The translations under genes were made by a program, and so were the position numbers. DNA of 64,000 bases from Candidatus Latescibacterota bacterium (lineage in GTDB: Bacteria > Latescibacterota > UBA2968 > GCA-2709665): contig CAXXXF010000012.1 of the NCBI GenBank assembly GCA_963667175.2, forward strand, positions 160,001 to 224,000, read 5' to 3'. The notes beneath the pieces were generated by a model. That model did not search any database and had not been told where the DNA came from. It saw only the letters and a program-made list of their open reading frames with translations. This document shows positions 8,608 to 17,365 of the stretch, piece after piece (the first letter of the stretch is position 1; every line of letters starts with the position of its first letter).

Positions 8608-8892
8608 CTATTGTTCAACTCGGTCAGGATTCATCCACTGGGGAAGCGGGGTCCCCGTCGCCTCTGCATACAGAGTCTCCGGTGCGACGTCGATTTCGTT
8701 TCCCCACGTAAGAACCCCAAGCTCCTCGTAAACGGTGAAATTCCTGAAGAACTCAAGGTCCCTGAATCGCTCGAAAACACCCTGTCGGTCCAGATATTTC
8801 GCGAAGTCAACGTTCCCGCGCCGGCCGTCATCGAACTCCAGTTCAATCCGATAGCCGCCCTGATAAGTTGCCGAAACCACGTCGTGCAGCAT
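8608..8892 (-). CDS. DUF2442 family protein, copy 2
   Basis: 81/94 aa identical to 7529-7813 by manual alignment. Confidence 0.88.
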   Translation of the reverse strand: MLHDVVSATYQGGYRIELEFDDGRRGNVDFAKYLDRQGVFERFRDLEFFRNFTVYEELGVLTWGNEIDVAPETLYAEATGTPLPQWMNPDRVEQ

Positions 8893-8905
8893 CCGCGGCC
8901 CCCTT

Positions 8906-9133
8906 CTATTGCAGAGGTGGTATTCTTCCTGGGGGCATGTCGTTGCGCGTTGCGAAACTCAGGGCCGCCAGAACGCCTTGCCTGGTCAAACGGGGATGCG
9001 CTTCGAGTATCTGATCGATTGTCTCGCCTTCTGAAAGTTTCTCCAGGATCAACTCAACGGTAATGCGGGTTCCCGCGACGACGGGCTTTCCCATCATGAC
9101 GACAGGATCGGATTGAATGAGTTTGGCGTCCAT
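8906..9133 (-). CDS. DUF433 family protein (antitoxin-type) fused to a DUF4160 C-terminal tail
   Basis: DPVVMMGKPVVAGTRITVELIL; ends DMPPGRIPPLQ, identical to the DUF4160 relic tail. Confidence 0.85.
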   Translation of the reverse strand: MDAKLIQSDPVVMMGKPVVAGTRITVELILEKLSEGETIDQILEAHPRLTRQGVLAALSFATRNDMPPGRIPPLQ

Positions 9134-9362
9134 ATCTCAACTCCCCATTTGGAGCGAACCTGCAATTTCGTGATGCGGACAGGGGAAACGTGTGAGACTT
9201 CGTTATACCGGCCTCGTCCTCGCGAGACATTGCATCTGCTCGATCGCTTGCGAATCCGACATTGAAGATCAGGCCGCCCGGCGCGATCATAGGACGGTTT
9301 CACTTCACAGGTGTCACGCATTGTTGTCGTAAGCGTCAGGTGGATTGGTGAGACATCTGAAC

Positions 9363-9578
9363 TTATGATGCTATCTCAACGTACATCGAATCCGAGGTTG
9401 GTTCGGGAATCGGATAGCGTTCCTGTTTCATTCCATCGAGGCGGAATTCGATCGCCTCCTTCATGTTCGTTTCCACTTCCCGCCGCGTGGCGCCGGCGGA
9501 CACACATCCTGGTAGATCGGGAGAATATGCCGAAAACCCGGTTTCCGTCACTTCGATGACGATCAAGTACCGATTCAT
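9363..9578 (-). CDS. hicB: HicB family antitoxin (orphan)
   Basis: YLIVIEVTETGFSAYSPDLPGCVSAGATRREV; no hicA upstream. Confidence 0.85.
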   Translation of the reverse strand: MNRYLIVIEVTETGFSAYSPDLPGCVSAGATRREVETNMKEAIEFRLDGMKQERYPIPEPTSDSMYVEIAS

Positions 9579-9681
9579 GCCGTTCCCGTTGTCTATTATC
9601 GTTGCGAGCGCCACACTCGGACCGCATTGCACGAACCGAAACTTGCTCCGTTTCTATTGACCGCACGCGGGAACTCATCCC

Positions 9682-10755
9682 TCACACCCCATGTGCTTCG
9701 ATGAAGTCCTCGTTGACGGTCAGTCCGAGGCCGGGTTCGTCTCCCATGTGGATCAGTCCATCGATGATGCGGAAGGGCGGATCGTAGAGTTGCGACCAGA
9801 TCTGGTACGGCTCGGTGGGCGGGCAGGCGGAGACCATCAGCCCGTTGGGCACGGCGGCGATCAGGTGGCAGTTGATTTCCGGAAACGAGGCCCCATGAGG
9901 CGCCACGTAGACGTGGTGCGCCTCGGCCAGCGCCGCCATCCGCATCAGACCCGTGAAGCCCCCGCCGCCGATAATGTCAGATTGAACCACCTGCATGCCG
10001 CCGTCGACGATCAGATGACGAGTGCCATACAGCGTGCCTTCGCTCTCGCCGCCGGCGACCAGCGCGCTCGTCGCCTCGCGAACCATCCGCATGTGCGCCG
10101 CTTCGTCGTCACCCCGGACGGGTTCCTCGATCCAATACAGGTTGTACGGCTCGAACCGTCGCGCCATGTCCGCGGCCGTTTTTCCCTCCCACATCCGGTG
10201 GACGTCGATCATCAGCCTCGGTCCGTCGCCCAGGGCCTCGCGCGACAGCCGGACCTTATCGAACGCGAGTTCGCGATCGTCATCCGACAGATGGAACTTC
10301 ACGGCCCTGAATCCGAGGTCCGCGTGTTTCCTGACGAGGGCCGCGACCTCCTCGGCGTTCTGATGCTCATAGCCGATCCCGTCCGCGTACGCGGTGACCC
10401 GGTTCCGATACCCGCCCAGCAGCCGCCAGACCGGTTCGCCGCACGCCTTCCCGTACAGATCCCAAATTGCCACGTCCAGCGCGCCGATCGTCCCCATCGC
10501 GGCCCGGCCGGGCCCGCGAAAGCGCCACGCGTGATCGTACATCCGCTGCCATAGCAGCGCCGGGCGGCGCGGGTCTTCGCCCACGAGCAGCGGCGCGAAT
10601 TCACGTTCGATCAGTTCTGCGCTTCCCCCTCTACCGATGCCGGCGAGCCCGTTGTCCGCATGGACAAAGTGAAGGGGCCAGGACCGCTTGACTCCCCGAT
10701 CGGACGGCCCCCAGAAACAGGACAGCGAAACCGTCTCAATTCGTTCGATACGCAT
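9682..10755 (-). CDS. Mandelate racemase/muconate lactonizing enzyme family protein
   Basis: GALDVAIWDLYGKACGEPVWRLLGG, LMID, WIEEP, GGES, APHG. Confidence 0.92.
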   Translation of the reverse strand: MRIERIETVSLSCFWGPSDRGVKRSWPLHFVHADNGLAGIGRGGSAELIEREFAPLLVGEDPRRPALLWQRMYDHAWRFRGPGRAAMGTIGALDVAIWDLYGKACGEPVWRLLGGYRNRVTAYADGIGYEHQNAEEVAALVRKHADLGFRAVKFHLSDDDRELAFDKVRLSREALGDGPRLMIDVHRMWEGKTAADMARRFEPYNLYWIEEPVRGDDEAAHMRMVREATSALVAGGESEGTLYGTRHLIVDGGMQVVQSDIIGGGGFTGLMRMAALAEAHHVYVAPHGASFPEINCHLIAAVPNGLMVSACPPTEPYQIWSQLYDPPFRIIDGLIHMGDEPGLGLTVNEDFIEAHGV

Positions 10756-10772
10756 GGCGCGACCTCCTGTGT

Positions 10773-11198
10773 TCAGGATGCGATGCGTTTACAAAGAACC
10801 ACCTGGGTCCCGGTCTCGAAAAACTGGTGTGCGACGTCGTCCACCATCGCGCGCATCATCAGCAGGCCGCGGCCGGACGAATTCAACAGGTTCTCCTCTG
10901 CAAGCGGATCCGGAACCGCGGCCGGGTCGAATCCCGGACCCTGATCCCGGACCGCGATGCGTAACATCCCGTCTGCTACTGCAAATTCCACGGTGAACGA
11001 TCGCTCCCGCACGCCGCCGTTGCCGTGGAAGATGGCATTGTTGACGGCTTCCGTCAGCGCGATGGCCACCTCGTCGCAGGCATCCTCGCTCATCGCCAGA
11101 TCGGCCGTGACCTGCGCAGCAGCGTCAACCACCTTATGAAGCGATTCTACGCAACTCGGCAACTCCAGTCGTCTGACGTTACGAGACTCGATACCCAT
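10773..11198 (-). CDS. rsbW: Anti-sigma factor / RsbW-type HATPase
   Basis: EAVNNAIFHGN, DQGPGFDP, SGRGLLMM. Confidence 0.88.
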   Translation of the reverse strand: MGIESRNVRRLELPSCVESLHKVVDAAAQVTADLAMSEDACDEVAIALTEAVNNAIFHGNGGVRERSFTVEFAVADGMLRIAVRDQGPGFDPAAVPDPLAEENLLNSSGRGLLMMRAMVDDVAHQFFETGTQVVLCKRIAS

Positions 11199-11378
11199 GT
11201 ACGCATTCCCTCGTACCGTTCACCGGCGCGACGAACGTCTCCGCCGGCCGAGTGGGGGATTCTCCTTGACAATCCGTGTTCTTGACGTTATCAAGAACGA
11301 CCACGAAGGTGAAAGTGTCTACCGTCTTCTCGCCACGTACACAGTACGTCCCGAACAATCGAATGGAGATATCGCATC

Positions 11379-11762
11379 ATGCAGAAAGAGGTGATTCGCA
11401 CCGACAAGGCAGCCCTTCCCGTGGGTCCCTATTCGCAGGCCATCAAAACAGGCGAGTTGATCTTTGTGGCGGGCGAAAAGGGAATCGACCCCGCCACCGG
11501 CGAAATCGTCAGCGGCGGCATTGCCGCGGAAACCCGGCAGACGCTCGACAACGTCAAGGCGATCCTGGACGCGGCGGGCGCGACGATGGGCCACGTGGTC
11601 CGCACGGTTGTGTATATGACGGACATCTCGGAATTCGCCGAAATGAACGCCGTCTACGCGGGATACTTCCCGAGCGACCCTCCCGGTCGGAGTTGCGTCC
11701 AGGTGGTCGCGCTCCCTGCCGGGGCGCACGTCGAAATCGAAGTCACCGCGGTCCTGGCCTGA
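11379..11762 (+). CDS. ridA: RidA/YjgF family imine deaminase
   Basis: GPYSQA, FAEMNAVY, PPGRSCVQVVALP, VEIE. Confidence 0.92.
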   Translation: MQKEVIRTDKAALPVGPYSQAIKTGELIFVAGEKGIDPATGEIVSGGIAAETRQTLDNVKAILDAAGATMGHVVRTVVYMTDISEFAEMNAVYAGYFPSDPPGRSCVQVVALPAGAHVEIEVTAVLA

Positions 11763-11778
11763 TCTGCCCGCGGCAGCG

Positions 11779-12576
11779 CTACATCCCGGACAGGATCCCC
11801 TCGACGTAACCTCGTGCAAACGCCACGTCCCTGTCCACCTCGTCCGGCTCTTTGCCTCCCACGCATTCCACGTAGAGCGGACCGTCAAACCCGCCGGCGA
11901 CCAGACCGGACAACACCGAATGAAAATCCACCAGCCCGTCGCCGGGCGTGACCATCACGTCGGGCACGCCGTCGACCACCGTACAGTCTTTGATGATCCC
12001 CGTCGTCACCACCGGCGCCACTTCCGAGACGTCCGTCTCGGGCCGCAGATCACCCTTTGTGTAGTAGATGATGTTTCCCGGATCGTAGCAGATGCCGAAC
12101 GCCGCGTGGTTCACGTTCCGGTTGGCCGCAAGGAGGTGGGACACCGTGAGACTGATCCCCCCGTGGGGCTTCATGGTTACGTTCACGCCGACCTCATCCG
12201 CGTGGGGCGCGGCCTGCCGCATCAACTCGAAATAGTCGTCGAAGTGGGCTTCATTGCTTGTGCCGCAGTCCAACAGCCAGTTCGCGCCCAGCGCGGCCGC
12301 ATTGTCGATCAGTCGCTTGTAGTCGTCCACCGCGGCATCCAGGCCGTCGCCCAGCCGCGTGCCGCCGATGAGCATCGACGGAACCACGCCGGCGTCTTCC
12401 GCCGCTTTGCGCACGTCCGCGACCTCTGCGGGCGAGCTGTCCGGTCCGACCGGCGCCTGCCCGTCATTGGCAAATACAGCCACGTCCGAATAGCCGGCCT
12501 CGGCAATCCGGCTGTACGCTTCGCTGTAACTCAGTTGGCCGTAAGGCCGCGTCGTACATCCAACCGTCAATTCCAT
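11779..12576 (-). CDS. Sugar phosphate isomerase/epimerase (TIM barrel)
   Basis: MKPHGG, YDPGN, IIKD, PGDGLVDF, GPLYVE. Confidence 0.82.
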   Translation of the reverse strand: MELTVGCTTRPYGQLSYSEAYSRIAEAGYSDVAVFANDGQAPVGPDSSPAEVADVRKAAEDAGVVPSMLIGGTRLGDGLDAAVDDYKRLIDNAAALGANWLLDCGTSNEAHFDDYFELMRQAAPHADEVGVNVTMKPHGGISLTVSHLLAANRNVNHAAFGICYDPGNIIYYTKGDLRPETDVSEVAPVVTTGIIKDCTVVDGVPDVMVTPGDGLVDFHSVLSGLVAGGFDGPLYVECVGGKEPDEVDRDVAFARGYVEGILSGM

Positions 12577-12617
12577 CCTTGTCGCTCCTTTGCTGGTTCG
12601 TCCGGACAAACGCCGGA

Positions 12618-13409
12618 TCACTCTTCCATTTCACGCCCGCAGTGCGGACAGATGCCGCCTTCTTTCTTGCGCCGGTCGATCTCTTCCGCGAACCCCGATC
12701 CCAGGATGCCGGCCGGGAGGGCAAACATCCCGATGCCCAGAAGCGCGATCACGGCGCCGAGTACCTTTCCCACGCCGGTCACCGGGTACGTGTCTCCGTA
12801 TCCCACCGTCGTCAGCGTCACGATACCCCACCACATGGCCGACGGAATGCTGGAAAAAGCGTTGGGTTGAGCGCCGTTTTCCGCGAAGTACATCAGCGTC
12901 GACGCGATGACCAGCATGATCAGCAGGACGAACAGGGTGACCAGCAATTCGCCGCTGTGCTTCCGCAACACGTTGGCGAGGGTCTGCAGAGAGGCGGAAT
13001 ACCGTCCGAGCTTGAACAACCGCAACAGCCGCATGGCTCGCAATACGCGGAGGTCGACGGTGGTTACCAGAGGCAGGTAGAACGGCAGGATCGCGATCAG
13101 GTCCACCAGTGCCAGCGGCGTAAAGAAATAACGCAATCGACCCCGAACGGGCCTGGCAAATCGTTCATCGGCGGTACATGACCACATTCGCATCAGGTAT
13201 TCGATGCTGAACACACCCACTGAAAAGGCGTCGAACGCTTCGAACAGCCACCTGTACGACACCAGGACGGCCTGCACCGTTTCGAGGATGACAGCCACAA
13301 CGTTCAGGATGATCAACCCCATGATGAACAGGTCGATCATTCGACTCGCACGGTCGCCTGACTGCGCCTTGTCCAGGATTTGGTTGGTCCGTTCTTTGAA
13401 CCGATGCAC
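12618..13409 (-). CDS. Voltage-gated potassium channel (6TM ion transporter)
   Basis: S4 helix RVLRAMRLLRLFKL, filter TTVGYGD, C-terminal CPHCG. Confidence 0.93.
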   Translation of the reverse strand: MHRFKERTNQILDKAQSGDRASRMIDLFIMGLIILNVVAVILETVQAVLVSYRWLFEAFDAFSVGVFSIEYLMRMWSCTADERFARPVRGRLRYFFTPLALVDLIAILPFYLPLVTTVDLRVLRAMRLLRLFKLGRYSASLQTLANVLRKHSGELLVTLFVLLIMLVIASTLMYFAENGAQPNAFSSIPSAMWWGIVTLTTVGYGDTYPVTGVGKVLGAVIALLGIGMFALPAGILGSGFAEEIDRRKKEGGICPHCGREMEE

Positions 13410-13611
13410 GAGGGCGTCCTTTCACTTTCGCACGATTGACGTCGGCACGCCGCGTCCGCCGCCGGCCAGCCCCGGGGCGTCGGCGCAGGCAATCTCAAAG
13501 ATAGGATTCTAGGGTTCGAATGGAAACGTCTTTTTCCAATGAGTGCATCGCCCGCGCGGAATCGCCGCCTCAATCGTCATTCGGCAAACCCGTATCAACA
13601 ATTGGAGACCG

Positions 13612-15582
13612 ATGAATCGGAACGCGGAAGCAGGAAACAGATTCCATGGCTTCGCGCGCATTCTCGCGGCACTGGTCCTGGCGACGGTATTCACGGCCGT
13701 GCTGCCGAAAAACCGGGACCGCGTCATTCATCAGCAGATCGTGACCGAATTGCCGGGACTTGCGAAAGCGGCGGGCGGCGGCCCGTGGCGTCTTGCGGAG
13801 ACCGACGATCCGCGCTGCCGCTCGGGTTACGAGGAAGTGAACCGGCGGAGAACAACCCCCGAGACCGATTCTCTCCCGATCACGTTGACGTGCCGGGAAG
13901 AACCCGATGGTCTGATCCTGACCGCCGCGACTGCCGGAATGCATCGGCAGATCCGCCTGAAACCCGTCGACGGCTGGAGTCTGTTTCCACCGATCGCGGC
14001 CATTTTTGTCGCGGTGATCAGCGGTCGCGTGCTCCTGGGGCTCGCGCTTGCCGTACTCTCCGGCGGCATGCTCAGCGCGGGCGACGCGCCCCTGTACGAA
14101 CTCCCGTTCGCCGCCCTGGAAAGGGCGGCCGTAGATTACGTCTGGACCCCGCTGAGTTCGTCCTTCCAACTGTTCATTCTCGGCTTTACGGCGGCGCTGA
14201 TCGGCATGGTGCGCGTTACCACGCTCGCCGGGGGAAACGCCGGCATCGCCGCGCTGCTGGCCGCCCGCGCCGAAAGCGCCAGGTCCACGCGGTTTGCCGC
14301 GTTTCTCATGGGCCTGGCGATATTCTTCGATGACTACGCCAACACGATCGTGGTCGGCACGACGCTGCGGCCCATGACGGACCGGTTCCGGATCTCCCGC
14401 GAAAAGCTCGCGTACATCGTCGATTCCACCGCGGCGCCTGTCGCCGGCGTGGCGGTCATCAGCACCTGGATTGGCTTCGAAGTGGGTCTGTTCGGGGACC
14501 TCATGCGGGATCTCGGAACCGGTGTTTCCGGATATCAGCTCTTCCTCCACGCGCTTCCCGCCCGCTTCTACTGCCTCTTTACCCTTTTGTTTGTCGCCAC
14601 GTCGGCGTGGTTCCAGCGGGACTACGGGACCATGTACCGGGCTGAGTACCGCGCGCAAACCACCGGCCGCGTGCTTCGGCCGGGCGCCACGCCCCTGACG
14701 GGACTCCGCGGCACAGAGGTAAAGGCGGCAGCAGGCGTTCGACCCGCCTGGTGGGCCGCGGCCGTTCCCGTTCTGATCGTTGTGTTTGCCGTCGTCTTCG
14801 GCATGGCCGCCGATACGTGGACTCATGCCAGCGTACGGCCGGTCCGAATTAACGATTCGCTCGCCAGCTGGTCCTTCTGGACTGCGTGTTTTTCCAATGC
14901 GGACAACCCGCGGGTGCTGTTCGTGTCCGCCGTACTCGGTTCCGTTGCGGCGTTGCTCATCGCGGTTACGCGGCGTCACAGCACCGACGGATCCGCCCCG
15001 ATTTCACCCTTTTCGGCAGTGAAGACGTGGGCGATGGGAGTAACGGGAATCCACTATGCGATTGCCATCCTCATCATGGCCTGGGCCATTCAGGCCATCT
15101 GCAAGGACGTCGGCACGTCCGTGTACCTCACGGCGGCGCTCTCGCCCCTGGTTCTCCCCGGCCTGCTTCCCGTGCTCATCTTCCTCCTGGCCGCCTCGGT
15201 CGCGTTCGCCATGGGGACGTCGTGGGCGACGATGGCGATCCTCATTCCCACCGCGGTTCCCCTCGCGCACGGCCTGGGCGGCCTCCCGCTCACCATTCTC
15301 GCGGCGGCCGCTGTACTGGACGGCGCCATCTTCGGGGATCACTGCTCACCCATCAGCGACACGACGGTCATGTCGAGCATCGCAACGTCGTGCGACCACC
15401 TGGACCACGTCAAAACGCAACTTCCCTACGCCCTCACCACGATGGCCGTCGCCGCGCTCGCGGGGTACGTCGGCGCCGCCTTTTTCTATCCGGGATGGAT
15501 CGGGCTTGTCATCGGCTTTACCGCGATCCCTGCGATCCTTCTCCTGTTCGGCAGGAATCCGGACAAGCCTGCCGACGGTTAG
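13612..15582 (+). CDS. Na+/H+ antiporter NhaC family protein
   Basis: IFFDDYANT, ISREKLAYIVDSTAAP, GAIFGDHCSPISDTT, DHVKTQLPYA. Confidence 0.9.
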   Translation: MNRNAEAGNRFHGFARILAALVLATVFTAVLPKNRDRVIHQQIVTELPGLAKAAGGGPWRLAETDDPRCRSGYEEVNRRRTTPETDSLPITLTCREEPDGLILTAATAGMHRQIRLKPVDGWSLFPPIAAIFVAVISGRVLLGLALAVLSGGMLSAGDAPLYELPFAALERAAVDYVWTPLSSSFQLFILGFTAALIGMVRVTTLAGGNAGIAALLAARAESARSTRFAAFLMGLAIFFDDYANTIVVGTTLRPMTDRFRISREKLAYIVDSTAAPVAGVAVISTWIGFEVGLFGDLMRDLGTGVSGYQLFLHALPARFYCLFTLLFVATSAWFQRDYGTMYRAEYRAQTTGRVLRPGATPLTGLRGTEVKAAAGVRPAWWAAAVPVLIVVFAVVFGMAADTWTHASVRPVRINDSLASWSFWTACFSNADNPRVLFVSAVLGSVAALLIAVTRRHSTDGSAPISPFSAVKTWAMGVTGIHYAIAILIMAWAIQAICKDVGTSVYLTAALSPLVLPGLLPVLIFLLAASVAFAMGTSWATMAILIPTAVPLAHGLGGLPLTILAAAAVLDGAIFGDHCSPISDTTVMSSIATSCDHLDHVKTQLPYALTTMAVAALAGYVGAAFFYPGWIGLVIGFTAIPAILLLFGRNPDKPADG

Positions 15583-15590
15583 CCGTACCG

Positions 15591-17351
15591 CTAAGGTTCC
15601 TCAACGCGATGGTATACATTCGGCGCCGGGTTTTCCATGGTGAGGCTGCGCCCGGAAGGCCAGGTCACAACAACCTTTTCCAGGTCAGGCCGTACCCCCA
15701 GCCCGAAATGCAGCCTTCTCTGATTCTGCGACGAGAAGCCGCTGCCGCCCGACACCTCCTGCATCTGTTCCTGTCCATCCCAGAACAGCCTCACCTGCGC
15801 CCCGATCGCGCTGCGATTGCTCGTTACGCCCGCCAGATCGAATCCGATCCATTGGCGGGCGGGATCCACTGTGTTTCTGTATACGAGAAGCGGGCCGCGC
15901 TGGTTGGCCACCACAACGTCAAGCACCCCGCGGTTCCAGAGATCAACGAGCGCTACCGCACGCCCGTCAAAACGGTCGTGCACCCCCGCCTCGCGAGCCA
16001 CGTCTACGAAACGTCCCATCCCGTCGTTCACCCACACACGCGATTGCTGAAAGCCGGCGAGGCTGCGTCCCTTCATCGCGGGCCAGTGCTTCGCATCTGA
16101 AATGATCGCCCTGTGTCCGCCCGCCACCTGTGAGAAGTCGTACCAATAGCTCTCCGACTCCGAGGCCGACACGTAGCCGTTGGTCAAGAACAGATCCAGG
16201 CGCCCGTCGTTGTTGAGATCTCCGAACTGCGCGCCGAAACTCCAGTCGCCCAGCTCCACGCCCATCACCTGCGCCAGGTTTTCGAACGCCAGCTCACCGT
16301 CCTTCCGGGCGACCCAGAGGTTGTTGCCCTGCAGCAGAATTCCGGCCTCCGAGATATTGGTCTCGTAGATCGCCAGGCGACCCTGGTTCAGCACGTCGCC
16401 GAATGTCGCGTTCATTCCGCTCTTCGGCTGGTATCCGACGCCCGCCTGCCGCCCGATCTCCTCAAACCCCGTTCCGTCCTGGTTACGGTAGAGCTCCGAG
16501 ACGCCGTAGTCGTTGGCCAGGAACAGATCCGGATAACCGGACCGGTTCAAATCAGCCGCAGCCACGGCAAGGGTCCAGCGACGACTGCGAATGCCCAGCC
16601 GTTCGGCAACGTCCTCGAAACGTCCGTCGCCCCGATTGCGCAACAGGTACTTCCGACCGCCGTTTTCGGCATATTCGAAACTGTCCGGCATCATGCGGGT
16701 GGATTCGAGGCGCCACAGGTCCAGCCCATCCGGCCAGTATCCGGCGACAAACAGATCCAGACGCCCGTCGCAATCGTAATCCAGCCAGACGGCGCTTCCC
16801 GCGTTGATCCAGGCGGGCAGCCCGGCGTCCTCGCTCACTCGCCTAAACCTCTGTCCGGACTCGTTCCGATACAGCTCCGGCCGACCCCATTTGTACACGA
16901 AAAGGTCTTCGAAGCCGTCGTTGTCATAGTCCCCCCAGACCGAGCCCACCGAAATTCCAGTGCCGGCCCGATTCAGGTCCGCCACGCCGACCCTGTCGGC
17001 CACGTCTTCGAATTTCCCTGTACCGAGATTGCGGTAGAGCCGGTTCGCCGCGCCTTCCGCGCTGTTGGTCACGTACAGATCCTGCCAGCCGTCCCTGTCG
17101 AAGTCCGCGACCGACACCGCGGCGCCCATTGCGGCGACGTGTGGCATGATATGGGTCAGCTTCGCGTCGAACGTGGGCCCGCGGTGCACGAAGTCGATGC
17201 CGCTTTTGCCGGTGACGTCCTCGAGCGCGAATCCATAGTGGACCACTTTCCTCTTTTTCGGCGGCCACAGACCGGATTTCTGGAGGACGGGTACCGCCAG
17301 CAGCATCACAAAGATCGCGATCGGGACGCCGTGTACCGCTCGACGTGACAT
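15591..17351 (-). CDS. CRTAC1-family FG-GAP repeat protein with ASPIC/UnbV domain
   Basis: Repeated DxDxDGxxD motifs; NRSAIGAQV...GSGFSSQNQRRLHFGLG. Confidence 0.9.
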   Translation of the reverse strand: MSRRAVHGVPIAIFVMLLAVPVLQKSGLWPPKKRKVVHYGFALEDVTGKSGIDFVHRGPTFDAKLTHIMPHVAAMGAAVSVADFDRDGWQDLYVTNSAEGAANRLYRNLGTGKFEDVADRVGVADLNRAGTGISVGSVWGDYDNDGFEDLFVYKWGRPELYRNESGQRFRRVSEDAGLPAWINAGSAVWLDYDCDGRLDLFVAGYWPDGLDLWRLESTRMMPDSFEYAENGGRKYLLRNRGDGRFEDVAERLGIRSRRWTLAVAAADLNRSGYPDLFLANDYGVSELYRNQDGTGFEEIGRQAGVGYQPKSGMNATFGDVLNQGRLAIYETNISEAGILLQGNNLWVARKDGELAFENLAQVMGVELGDWSFGAQFGDLNNDGRLDLFLTNGYVSASESESYWYDFSQVAGGHRAIISDAKHWPAMKGRSLAGFQQSRVWVNDGMGRFVDVAREAGVHDRFDGRAVALVDLWNRGVLDVVVANQRGPLLVYRNTVDPARQWIGFDLAGVTSNRSAIGAQVRLFWDGQEQMQEVSGGSGFSSQNQRRLHFGLGVRPDLEKVVVTWPSGRSLTMENPAPNVYHRVEEP

Positions 17352-17365
17352 GGGACACTCACTGT

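Noticed and set aside
9205-9345. Possible second PemK/MazF relic (LTLTTTMR…DSQAIEQMQCLARTR across frames)
   Set aside because: Resemblance is weak and needs frameshifts; not supportable without an HMM search
4650-9578. Integron cassette array
   Set aside because: Genes are co-oriented, but I found no recurring attC (RYYYAAC…GTTRRRY) sites and no integrase in the window
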